64,000 bases of DNA, taken from Octopus vulgaris. Lineage: Eukaryota. The notes below the pieces were generated by a model, which searched no databases, had not been told where the DNA came from, and saw nothing but the letters and a program-made list of their open reading frames with translations. The stretch is taken from positions 2,480,001 through 2,544,000 of the forward strand of contig OX597840.1 in the NCBI GenBank assembly GCA_951406725.2, given 5' to 3'. Of this stretch, positions 51,851 through 64,000 are shown one piece after another (the stretch's first letter is position 1; every line of letters starts with the position of its first letter). Position numbers and translations under genes: made by a program.

Positions 51851-52462
51851 TTATCTATCAATCGATCGATCAGTCCATCTATCTATTTCTCTGTCTATAT
51901 AACTACATATATATATATTTATCACCTACTCATCGTGCTATATATCTTCACCCTACCAATATATCTACCCACATACCATATCATCTAATTTGTAACTCCC
52001 TTACCATTCTTACAAGATCTCCTCGCTAACAATTAACTTCTACCCCATCTCCACCTTCTCCTACCATGCTTCTCTCAACATCCCCTACACACCAACCAAC
52101 TCCCAATATCACCCATCCACTACCTTTTTGCTTCCATCCGTAACATTCCCTCCTTTCTCCTACCACTACAAATCCCCTCTCTAACATATTCTCTTCTTTG
52201 TCATCTCCTCCCACAACCCCCTTCGCATCTTACCATTTCATACTTCCTACCCTTTCTCTCCACCCCCACCCCTGTGCTAATCCTATCCCCTCTCACTCAT
52301 CCCCACCCACTCCTACTTCCTTTTATTTCCTCCTGCTCAATTCATTTGTGGTCATTTATTTTTTAATTAAAAAGTTTCATTGTCTGATACCAATTGTCTT
52401 TTGTATCACTCCATCTTACACCTCTTTCCTCCTTCTCTCTCTCTCTCTCTCTCCCCCCTCTC

Positions 52463-52767
52463 TCCCTCTCACTTTTACTATTCTCTCTCATTCTCTGAGT
52501 TTCTCTCTTAGCGGATCTACTTCTAGCATAAGGTTTGTCTCATTTTCTCTCCGTTGCCCTCTCTCAATATCTTACTGTCTCACAACTGTTTCTCTTGGAC
52601 TCCTTCTCTCTCTCTCTCTCTCTCTCTCCCTCTCATTTTTACTATTCTCTCTTATTCTCTGAGTTTCTCTCTTAGCGGATCTACTTCTAGCATAAGGTTT
52701 GTCTCATTTTCTCTCCGTTGCCCTCTCTCAATATCTTACTGTCTCACAACTGTTTCTCTTGGCCTCC

Positions 52768-52798
<31 letters not shown>

Positions 52799-52935
52799 CC
52801 TCTCACTTTTACTATTCTCTCTCATTCTCTGAGTTTCTCTCTTAGCGGATCTACTTCTAGCATAAGGTTTGTCTCATTTTCTCTCCATTGCCCTCTCTCA
52901 ATATCTTACTGTCTCACAACTGTTTCTCTTGGACT

Positions 52936-52974
<39 letters not shown>

Positions 52975-53110
52975 TCATTTTTACTATTCTCTCTTATTCT
53001 CTGAGTTTCTCTCTTAGCGGATCTACTTCTAGCATAAGGTTTGTCTCATTTTCTCTCCGTTGCCCTCTCTCAATATCTTACTGTCTCACAACTGTTTCTC
53101 TTGGCCTCCT

Positions 53111-53141
<31 letters not shown>

Positions 53142-53741
53142 CTCTCACTTTTACTATTCTCTCTCATTCTCTGAGTTTCTCTCTTAGCGGATCTACTTCT
53201 AGCATAAGGTTTGTCTCATTTTCTCTCCGTTGCCCTCTCTCAATATCTTACTGTCTCACAACTGTTTCTCTTTGCCTCCTTCTCCCTCTCCCCCTCTCTC
53301 CCTCTCACTTTTACTATTCTCTCTCATTCTCTGAGTTTCTCTCTTAGCGGATCTACTTCTAGCATAAGGTTTGTCTCATTTTCTCTCCGTTGCCCTCTCT
53401 CAATATCTTACTGTCTCACAACTGTTTCTCTTTGCCTCCTTCTCCCTCTCCCCCTCTCTCCCTCTCACTTTTACTATTCTCTCTCATTCTCTGAGTTTCT
53501 CTCTTAGCGGATCTACTTCTAGCATAAGGTTTGTCTCATTTTCTCTCCGTTGCCCTCTCTCAATATCTTACTGTCTCACAACTGTTTCTCTTTGCCTCCT
53601 CCTCCCTCTCACTTTTACTATTCTCTCTCATTCTCCGAGTTTGTCTCTTAGTGGAACTACTTCTAGCATAAGGTTTGTCTCATTTTCTCTCCGTTGCCCT
53701 CTCTCAATATCTTACTGTCTCACAACTGTTTCTCTTGGCCT

Positions 53742-53784
<43 letters not shown>

Positions 53785-53925
53785 TCTCCCTCTCACTTTT
53801 ACTATTCTCTCTCATTCTCTGAGTTTCTCTCTTAGCGGATCTACTTCTAGCATAAGCTTTGTCTCATTTTCTCTCCGTTGCCCTCTCTCAATATCTTACT
53901 GTCTCACAACTGTTTCTCTTGGCCT

Positions 53926-53962
<37 letters not shown>

Positions 53963-54563
53963 TCACTTTTACTATTCTCTCTCATTCTCTGAGTTTCTCT
54001 CTTAGCGGATCTACTTCTAGCATAAGGTTTGTCTCATTTTCTCTCCGTTGCCCTCTCTCAATATCTTACTGTCTCACAACTATTTCTCTTTACCTCCTCC
54101 TCCCTCTCCCCCTCTCTCCCTCTCACTTTTATTATTCTCTCTCATTCTCTGAGTTTGTCTCTTAGCGGATCTACTTCTAGCATAAGGTTTGTCTCATTTT
54201 CTGTCCGTTGCCCTCTCTCAATATCTTACTGTCTCACAACTGTTTCTCTTTGCCTCCTTCTCCCTCTCCCCCTCTCTCCCTCTCACTTTTACTATTCTCT
54301 CTCATTCTCTGAGTTTCTCTCTTAGCGGATCTACTTCTAGCATAAGGTTTGTCTCATTTTCTCTCCGTTGCCCTCTCTCAATATCTTACTGTCTCACAAC
54401 TGTTTCTCTTTGCCTCCTTCTCTCCCTCTCCCCCTCTCTCCCTCTCACTTTTACTATTCTCTCTCATTCTCTGAGTTTCTCTCTTAGCGGATCTACTTCT
54501 AGCATAAGGTTTGTCTCATTTTCTCTCCGTCGCCCTCTCTCAATAACTTACTGTCTCACGACT
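52463..54563. repeat. Tandem satellite, 13 units of 144-184 bp with a variable (CT)n tract
   Basis: Anchor GCGGATCTACTTCTAGCATAAG at 52511, 52675, 52845, 53017, 53187, 53347, 53507, 53651, 53835, 54005, 54165, 54325 and 54487. Confidence 0.97.
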
Positions 54564-54823
54564 CTGTATCTCTTTGTCTCCTTCTATCTCACTTGCATTT
54601 AATTATCTCTGTATCATTTTTCCTAACGCTCTCTCTGTCTCGGTTTTCTACCTTTCACCCTCTCTCTTTCTCCCGCTTTTATTATCTCATTCAGAGTTTA
54701 GGTCTTCACCCTCTCTGCCACCATTTCACAATCTGACTTTCTTACTGTCTCATACTCTCTCTCTTTCTCTCTCTGTCACCCTCTCTCTATCTATTTATCT
54801 ATCTATCTAGCAATCTTTCTATC

Positions 54824-54886
<63 letters not shown>

Positions 54887-54890
<4 letters not shown>

Positions 54891-55222
54891 ACCCCTTCGG
54901 TCATGAGTGACCATGGGTTTGCACCTAGAGAGTTATCCTCTGAGGCACAAGTCTGGGCAAGGTTGTTTTTATGGAAGACCAGTAGTCACCCATGCATACC
55001 GGCCTCCCCTCTCCATGCCACTGATGTTATCCAAGGGAAAGACAAAGGTCGATACAGCTTGGCACCTGTGACGTCGCAACTCATTTCTACAGCTGAGTGA
55101 ACTGGAGCAACGTGAAATAAAATGCCTTGCTCGTGAACACAACACGCAGCCCGATCCGGGATTCGAACTCACAACCTCACGATCGTAAGCTCGACGCTCT
55201 AACCACTGAGCCATGCGCCTCC
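54887..55222 (-). mobile_element. tRNA-derived SINE family D, full length, in (TA)n
   Basis: rc GGAGGCGCATGGCTCAGTGGTTAGAGCG..GAGTTCGAATCCCGG (A/B boxes), then CORE-like GAGCAAGGCATTTTA. Confidence 0.85.
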
Positions 55223-55493
55223 ACTATATATATATATATATACAAAGAAAGAGAGAGAGATTAGATGAAAAAAAAACAGAGATGTGTTTTACAGCATTTA
55301 AAAGTATATTAATTAGACTCATGATATCTTTATCAGCATGGCTCTAATATACTCTAAAATGCTGTAAAACAAATCTTCTATGTTTATTCTTCTTATCTCT
55401 TTTTCTATTCATATCCACCACGTGTGTTTCCTCACTAAAATATTTTCTACATAAATTTTTTCTAACATTATCTATCTCTCTCTCCTCTTTCTT

Positions 55494-55548
<55 letters not shown>

Positions 55549-55551
55549 CTC

Positions 55552-55585
<34 letters not shown>

Positions 55586-56360
55586 CACGCACATATGAGA
55601 GAATAAATGGAGCAACAGTTAATTAGAAGTTGTTCATTGTTATTAAATAATCATAGTTTGATTATATTTAAAATAACATAACAGCTGTTTCAGTTGTCGT
55701 TGTTTTTTTTATTTTTCAGATAAACTTGCATTTATCTTGTTCCATGTAACAAATATCTTTAGAATGATTTGGGCTTATCAGAGGAATATTGACGAGAGAA
55801 CGAAAGTTGACAGCATAAAAAAGGAAAAAGGAAAAGGAAAAGGAAAAAACGAGACAAAGTTTATTAAGTCTTTAGGCTTACATTTTTCCGGTTTTTAAAG
55901 GTTGCCCGCCAAAAACTTAATGAACTTTGTTCTTTTTTTCCTTTGTCCTTTCCCTTTTCTTTTTTCTTCCTATCAATCTCCTGCGAATATTTCTCGGTTA
56001 AAGTCCACATGATTCTGGCGATGTTTGAACATGAAACGAGATAGAGACAATTTCACCTCAAAAATAACAAACTGAAACAGATGTAAATGTTATTTTTAAC
56101 TATAATTAATCTCTGACAATTTAATACCAATAATCAACTACGAATCGTTAATTGTTGCACCATTCCTTCTGCTATCTAAATATATTAAACCACGGTTTAC
56201 TTTTTAAATTACCAAACGTATAGCAAGGCCAATAAATAGTTAGGTTAATACACCAGTAGTGCCTGCAGATACATTAATCCTTTAGATGGTTGCATAACCT
56301 CTAACTCATAATTATATATATATATATATATTTCTTTTTATCTATCAATATATATATATG

Positions 56361-56391
<31 letters not shown>

Positions 56392-56727
56392 TTCTTTTTA
56401 TCTATCAATATATATATATATATACATATATATATTTAAAGATAATTCATAGGGTAATAATGAATTATTATTACAAGTGGCCTAGCACAAAAAAAACGAA
56501 TTAGTCATTAGACTATATATAATTCATATAGAAATACAATAAGAGGCTTCTAAATAGGAAAGCGTTGTGCTAGAAAGAGCAGTAGAAATTTCAAAAACCA
56601 CAAAAAAGGATAAATTCTCGAAAGGAATGAAAGTTAAAAACGTTTACCATATCAACTATCCTTTTTGTGGTTTTTGAGATTTCTACTGCTCTTTCTAGCA
56701 CAACGCTTTCCTATTTGGAAGTCTCAT

Positions 56728-56764
<37 letters not shown>

Positions 56765-57689
56765 CTTTATCTAACTATCTATCTATCTATCCATGCATCC
56801 ATCCATCCATCTATCAATGTATCTACCTGTCTGTCTATCTATCGATCAATCTTAATTCCTTTGAACAACTACCTGTCTCTTTAACCAGCTTTCTCAATTA
56901 TTAGCGCACTCTCGTAAATTAATCTCTCTCTCTCTCTCTTCCTTTGGCACTCACACTTTCTCTCTTTCTCTCTCTTTCTTCTTACCTGGCTCTATGATTG
57001 CCTCACAATATGTGTCTCTCATTTCATATCTCTCAGTCTTTTTATTATATCTCTCTGTCTCTCTCTCTCTCCCCCCGTTTATATGCCTCACTTATTTCCC
57101 TCTTATCACACTCTTTCTCTCTCTTTCCCTCTCTCTCCCTCTCTCACTTACTATCTTTCTCTTTCATTATCTTTTTCTCTTACTTTCTCTTTCACTATCC
57201 CCTCTCTCTCATTCTTTCTCTGTCTCTCTGTTTATCTCTCTTTCAACGCTTCTCTGTTACTATCTTTCTCTCCGAGTCTCTGCTATTCTGTCTCCCTCCC
57301 ACTCTTTCTCTCCCCATTATTCTACACTTCTTTCCCGCCTTTCTCTCCCTTTCTATCCATTTATTAGATTTATCGGCCTGCCTGTTTATTTAATCTATCT
57401 TCTTATCTATCTAGCTCTCTCATTCTCTTTCTCCCCATCTCTCTCTATTTATCTATCTATCTTCCTCTCTCCCTTTCGCTTTTAACAATCTCTCAGGTTC
57501 TTATATTATATATCTCTCACCTTCTCTATATTTTTACTCCATCTTCATCAACATATATGTATTTATGTATGCATGTATTTATATGTATGCATGTTGCATG
57601 TATGTATGCATGTTGCAAGTATGCATGCATGCATGCAAGTATGCATTCATGCATGTATATGCATATATATGTATGTATGTAAGTATGTA

Positions 57690-57735
<46 letters not shown>

Positions 57736-57765
57736 TGCATGCATACATGTAAGTTTGTATATATA

Positions 57766-57930
57766 GGCGTAGGAGTGGCTGTGTGGTAATTAGCTTGCTT
57801 ACGAACCACATGGTTCCGGGTTCAGTTACATTGCGTGGCACCTTGGGCAGGTATCTTCTACTACAGCCTCGGGCCGACCAAAGCCTTGTGAGTGGATTTG
57901 GTAGACAGGAACTGAAAGAAGCCCGTCGTA

Positions 57931-57995
<65 letters not shown>

Positions 57996-58227
57996 ATGTA
58001 TACACAAACATATTCACACACATACATACATGTCTGTGTTTGTCCCCCCAACATCACTTGACAACTGATGCTGGTGTGTTTACGTCCCCGTAACTTAGCA
58101 GTTCGACAAAAGAGACCGATAGAATAAGTACTAGGCTTACAAAGAATAAGCCCTGGGGGTCGAATAGGTCGACTTAAGGTGGTGCTCCAGCATGGCCGCA
58201 GTAAAATGACTGAAACAAGTAAAAGAG
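57766..58227 (+). mobile_element. SINE family A, full length
   Basis: Match to 4803-5215. Confidence 0.92.
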
Positions 58228-58429
58228 TATATATATATAAATATATATATATACATATATATATATACATATAGCATATATATATATATCTATCTATATA
58301 TATATATATATATATATGCGTTTCTATTCCCCGTTTTTTTCCCTGCACGCCCCCCGTCAGATTTATGTGCCCGACATCATTCTCCTTCAACACACACACA
58401 TGTAAACCCCATTATTTCTCTATCCAAAC

Positions 58430-59290
58430 GAACCCTAACCTTTCCCTTCCCACTCTCAATACGTTACTCGTTCATTCTCCATCTCCTAGACTCCTTCTCT
58501 TTCTCATTTGTTGTCAATCTACCACCACCACTCTTCGAACAGTCCCTAAACTTTCTACCCTCTCATTAATTTCTTCGTTTATCCACAAATCCCTAGTCTC
58601 CTTTTCCTCAATATCTACCCCGTACAAGCCCTAAATTTCCTTCACCCACTCATTCGTTCTCTCATTCATTCATACTTTCGTATTGTTGTTCTCTCCAGCG
58701 ATCGCTCCCTACACCACAAACTCTACCTCGTACGACAACCTAACCTTTCTCTCCTTTTCGCAATGTTTCCCTTCATTTATTTACTATCTCCTAGTCTCCT
58801 CTTTTTCATTTGCTGTCAACAACGCTACCTCAACCCCGAACAACCCCCAAAGCTTTCTGCCCTCTCACTGACTTTCTCATTGATCCAAAACCTCCTGGCC
58901 TCCTTACCTTCATCATTCGTTACCTACACCTCTATCTCTACCCTTACAAGCCCCTAACTACCCTGCCCCTTTCTGATATCTCCGCATTCATTCATACCTT
59001 CGTATTCTCTTTTCCTCACTCCTTCATTACTTACACCACTATCGCACAACCCCTCACATTTCTCCCCTTCTCATTCATTTCCTCATTCAATCACACAATA
59101 CCAGTCTCCTTAACTCCCTCATTCACAATCTACATCTCTAGTTCCACCTCGTAAAACCATTAACAATTCTCTCCTTCTCAGACAGTCTCTCATTCATTCA
59201 CACTCACATATTCTTCAGCCCTCTCCCTTTCGTTGCCTACATCCCTGTCTCTACCCCATCTCGAACCCTCTATAATATTCTTTACCCTCG
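58430..59290. repeat. Old degenerate pyrimidine-rich tandem repeat, ~105-bp period
   Basis: CCCTAA-like anchors near 58435, 58544, 58630, 58739, 58845, 58952, 59051, 59158 and 59268. Confidence 0.55.
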
Positions 59291-59644
59291 AAACGTCAAT
59301 GCTACATATACCGACATTGTCACTACACTCCATTCAATATGTTCAAACACTATAAATGAATTTTCTTCTATTCAACAAATTTCGCTGTGAAAAGCTTCTC
59401 AACTAATTCGCGTGTGATACAGCTATACACGAGAGTTCACAAACAATTTTTTAATTTATGCATCTCTCCTAGCAACTTCAATACAATCTTACATACAACT
59501 TGCGAATGGAGATGGAACACACGCATATACACAAGCAAATACATCCGGACTCACAAGCGTACGTATTGTACATGCATGTATACACATTTACACAACCATT
59601 TCTGCGCATATAATTGTACGTATGAAAATACACATGTATGTATG

Positions 59645-60098
59645 CATACATATAAATGTATATATGTATGAAAATACATGTATATATACATATATATGTA
59701 TATATATATACATATATATGTATATATATATAAATATGTGTGCGTGTCTCTGTAAGTATGTGTGTGTATACATACATATAAATGTATATATGTATGAAAA
59801 TACATGTATATATGCATATATATGTATATATACATACATTATATGTATATATAAATATGTGTGCGTGTCTCTGTAAGTATGTGTGTGTGTATACATACAT
59901 ATAAATGTATATATGTATGAAAATACATGTATATATGCATATATATGTATATATATAAATATGTGTGCGTGTCTCTGTAAGTATGTGTGTGCGTATACAT
60001 ACATATAAATGTATATATGTATGAAAATACATGTATATGTGCATATATATGTATATATATAAATATGTGTGCGTGTCTTTGTAAGTATGTGTGTGTGA
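59645..60098. repeat. Microsatellite-derived minisatellite, 4 units of 104-126 bp
   Basis: GAAAATACATG at 59670, 59796, 59919 and 60023, each followed by GTGCGTGTCT.TGTAAGTATG. Confidence 0.9.
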
Positions 60099-60799
60099 GT
60101 GCGCGTGTATGTGTGTATGTGTATAGTTATATATGTGTATACATAGGAGGTATAAGACTAAACTAAAAACCTAAAGGTGTACACCTACGCACAGACGCAT
60201 ATGAGCAGGGATATATTGTTACACATAACTACAGAGAAACACATATATACACAAACACGCACGTGCACGCGCGCACACACCACAGAATACAAAGGGGGCA
60301 AGTAAAAAGATATTCAACATAATTATATACACATACGCAGATATAACGAAGGCAATTTTTATATTATAATCTATGCGTAAGCGGTTCACTATATACATAT
60401 GTACATACGCATACACACACACACAAGCGTTTGTATAAATGTGTATATATGTATATATATATATACATGTATATATAATATACATACACACACACAGACG
60501 TACATATATATATGCATCTCCACACACACACAGATATGAATATGTGTATGTACATACAAGTATATATACGTATACATACGTATATAAGTATGAATAAATA
60601 TTTGCATATATATAAATATATATATTTATAAAAATATGTATATATATATATATATATATAAATATACAAATATATATATATAAATATATGGACACATATA
60701 TATAGAGAGACACACATAAACATATATATGCATATACATATGCCTATGTATTCTTATATACATATCTATATATATCTATGTATATAGATGATGATATAC

Positions 60800-60876
<77 letters not shown>

Positions 60877-61008
60877 ACATATGTATATTCATATACGTGC
60901 GTTGTGTAATTTAAAGAAAAAATACAGAGATTGAGAGGTACTTTCTGCAAAAACACGTACAAATATATACACATAAGCGGACAGACACATAACTATGTAT
61001 AGATATGT

Positions 61009-61069
<61 letters not shown>

Positions 61070-61701
61070 TACACAAAATACATAAAGCGATATCGTTATT
61101 CTAAGGTTTCCTAAACACGATATTTTGTAATTATCTTCCTTTATACAAATATCGCTGTGTGTCTCTGTGTGTATGCCTGGATGCGTGTATCTGAACCAAA
61201 GTACACAGAGCAACTCATATACACCTCATGGAAATATAAACGCATAAATATATATATATTAAACATAAATAATAATGTATATCTATTTCTATATACACCT
61301 ACACCTATACGTTTGTGTCTATACACATATATTTATATATATATATATACATTTATATATGTATGCGTATATGTATATGTATATATACATATATGTATAT
61401 ATATGTATATATATATAGGGTTAGAGAGATACATACATGCATATATACATATATATATGTATGTATATATGCATAGCAATGACTCATCTGCATATGTATT
61501 GCCTCTATCTATCTATATATCTATATATATGGATATATATACAGAGAGAGAGAGGGAGAGAGAGACAGGGGAGAGGGAGAGATGTATAGTGTTATATACC
61601 GGTGATACACGCACATATATCAAGATTGTACCAGCTTAGTAAATCGAAGCGATTTATTTACTTATTGATAAAGCACAACGACTAAATTTATAATCGGTGC
61701 A

Positions 61702-62027
61702 ATGAATGTATATGAATATGAATTAAAAAGAGGTGAGTTAAAGTCAAACAAGCCACCTGTCTATGGGAAATTTAGCACAATATCTAACTGTTTCGCTCTC
61801 TGTTCATCTCTTCAGCCACCATCAAAGAAAAATCTATTACACTATTAATAACACAATACATAGAATTTCCTGACCTCAGGAAATGTCTGTCTGTAAATAT
61901 ACAAAGCATGGACAAATTAATGAAGGAATCGTTTCACAAATCAAGGAAAACTAAAGACTACCTTAGAAAGACTGAATATTGCATAGATTTTTGCTCTGTA
62001 GAGGAAATTTTATGTGGTTTTCGCTAG
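61702..62027 (+). CDS. Candidate two-exon 80-aa ORF (61702-61732, 61816-62027), unknown product
   Basis: AG|GTGAGT donor, CTAAC branch point at 61784, pyrimidine tract and TTCAG| acceptor. The spliced frame stays open for ~70 codons. Confidence 0.25.
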
Positions 62028-62134
62028 TTAATCATGTTTCTACTTTTTCTAAACACTACACGTCTACAAGAGATACTTTCTCGAAACGAATGAATCAGTT
62101 TAGCAGGCTTTCAAACACATAATTATTTTACGTA

Positions 62135-62189
<55 letters not shown>

Positions 62190-62193
<4 letters not shown>

Positions 62194-62358
62194 TAAAAAC
62201 GGTAAGATAACAAAAGAATGAAAGAGACCTCAATATTATGTAAATAGAGGAAATTTATCTGTAAATAACCGAAGAGATGGTGGTGTGGATTTCCACCTCG
62301 GCATCCGAAACTTAGAGTTTTATCTTGGCTACCGAATAATTGTCACATATTATTTTAC

Positions 62359-62362
<4 letters not shown>
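62190..62362 (+). mobile_element. (TA)n-flanked PLE-type element with degenerate hammerhead and short inversion
   Basis: ATAA-CCGAAGA-GATG..CATC-CGAAAC-TTAGA-GTT-TTAT; inverted pair TATCTGTAAATAA / TTATTTTACAGATA. Confidence 0.5.
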
Positions 62363-62429
<67 letters not shown>

Positions 62430-62433
<4 letters not shown>

Positions 62434-62574
62434 AAAAAGGGACAAGAACGCAAAACAGCAGGACAACTAGATGATACAAAATGGGACAACAAAACATCCA
62501 GATAGACGATACAAAAAAAAGGACGGGTCATTCGAAGCCTTTTATCTTCAATCAAGCACCGGATCATCTTCGCA
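62430..62574 (-). mobile_element. P3 short element
   Basis: Homologous to 730-820; 3' end at (TA)n. Confidence 0.55.
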
Positions 62575-62679
62575 AGAGAGAGAGAGAGGGGGAGAGAGAA
62601 GGAGAGACTACTATTTTGAACTAATACTGTTCCGTTCCTAATAACGAAAATCCCATTTTTTTTTTCTATTGTATTAGAA

Positions 62680-63047
62680 TGGGTTCTCCGCATGACGTTG
62701 CTATCGGATACTTGCTATTAATGAAGCACAATATGGGAAAGGAATACACATTTTGTAATGTCACTGCGGCTGCTGGACGATGTTTCCGTCTTCAACTAAT
62801 GTATTCCAAGACGAAATCCGCAGTGAAACGTTATTTTAGCAATATGAGGTGTTACGTTAAGGGTATCGCAGAAGGCCAGATTGGAGTCCCAAACTTCCGA
62901 GTTCTTTTACAGGGCTGAGAAAATCTGAAGGACTGCTGCAATACGTGTGGGAATCTGAGAATGAAATAGTTTGGATAAAATCATAACTAAATGATCCTCC
63001 TATAGTTTTCTTTTACCCAAAGCCAGGAATTTTTCCGCACCCCCTCG
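62680..63047 (+). mobile_element. Degenerate mariner 3' part with TIR
   Basis: LQG*ENLKDCCNTCGNLR..* parallels FF..GL.KL..R..KCV.L.G.YVE*. TIR-like rc CGAGGGGGTGCGGAAAAATTCCTGGCTTT. Confidence 0.6.
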
Positions 63048-63289
63048 TGCGTATGTGTGTATATAGATATATGTGTTTGTGTGTGTTTGTATGTGCACAT
63101 ATATATACATACATGCCTATATACTTCCCTTGTTTAAAATTATTTATAATTTTCACCTTTAGGGGTATTTTAATATGCTGGCAACGTAGATGGAATTTTT
63201 TGGGGGGAAAAAAATTATATCCTATGTTATAAGTAAATTTATTACCATTCACTTCGGGACTGCTTACCACTCAAAGTTGTGGTTCGTGA

Positions 63290-64000
63290 CCGGCCACACA
63301 TTTAAAGAAATAGGATTTTTCTTAGGATGGGGGCAGTACATATCATCATAATCTTTTCGATTTCTCTGAGACATGGTTCTCCTGGGATTTTCTTATCTAC
63401 ATGTTTCTGACACCGCTTTCTCGTCATACCTAGGGCACCTATATTAAACAGGAACAATTCTCGCTTTAAGATGCCACATCTTTTGTATTTCAATTTCCAG
63501 GTCCTTATCTTAACCTAATTTCTCAATTTCCTTTATAGTTAATTTTTTATCAGTGAGAACACGTATATCTATAAATCTACAAGTATTTTCTTCGCTGTCT
63601 TTAATAATAATGTCTGGTCGATTAGCCTGGATTGTTGTGTCAGATTTGACTGGAAAATCCAAAGGATAATGACATTTCTACCTTGACAGACTGGCTGAGG
63701 ATGATGTTTATACCAGTAATCAGTGCTAATATTGTAGTGCTTACATATTTTCCAATGTAACTACTGTACTAGACTATCGTGGCGTTTTTTATATTCGTTT
63801 CGTGTCAGCACTGGACATCTCGATATGAGATGGTCTATTGTTTCGTCAAGTGCATTGCAGAATCTATATTTAGGGTCAGAACCTTTTTGAAGAACTTTAG
63901 CCTGGTTACTTCTTTGAATAAAAGCTTTGATCTTGTGCCAATAAGAAACCTTCAGTCTCTGCTTTCAGTCTTTAACTTCTCAGCCACTGAGGGGTTCTTG
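63290..64000 (-). pseudogene. R4/Dong-clade non-LTR retrotransposon C-terminal region (zinc knuckle + RLE), continues beyond the window
   Basis: Frameshifted LKAETEGFL..QDQS, RFCNALDETIDHLISRCPVL..EYKKRHD, IQANRPDIIIKD..FIDI, KDLEIEIQKMWHL, IGALG..ILRKIL. Confidence 0.9.

Noticed and set aside
52463-54563. CRISPR-like repeat-spacer appearance
   Set aside because: Repeats are ~135 bp, the spacers are only (CT)n length variants, there are no cas genes, and the context is eukaryotic. No hammerhead core was seen in the unit on either strand.
62655-62918. Strong splice acceptor followed by a 79-aa ORF
   Set aside because: The region is better explained as a decayed mariner ending in a TIR at 63047.

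Overview
This is AT-rich, gene-poor eukaryotic DNA dominated by microsatellites ((TA)n, (TACA)n, (TATC)n, (GGT)n, (GAA)n, (CT)n) and transposable-element debris. The SINE families and repeat style look like an octopus (cephalopod) genome; this is inferred, not verified. No intact recognisable host gene is present, and nearly all long ORFs in the track are translated microsatellites. Recognisable content: four tRNA-derived SINE families (labelled A-D here), five mariner relics and one Tc1 relic, a hAT-type MITE, a Ty3/gypsy 5' LTR+PBS+gag relic, 3' fragments of HERO-like, R4/Dong-like, Tx1-like and RTE/BovB-like LINEs, Penelope-like (PLE) GIY-YIG relics, and a 13-unit ~165-bp satellite. Four signals stand out. 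(1) Many small non-autonomous elements carry type I hammerhead ribozyme folds, including a ~355-bp retrozyme-like family whose two diverged copies share a compensatory U3-A8 core, and a canonical hammerhead behind a PLE endonuclease C-terminus. (2) Retroelements appear to partition microsatellite niches: PLE-type in (TA)n, Tx1-like in (TATC)n, R4-like in (TACA)n. (3) Fold-back inversions with 13-15 nt loops recur across unrelated element types. (4) There are two weak candidate exon structures. Everything was read by eye; no searches or folding programs were run, and relic boundaries are approximate.
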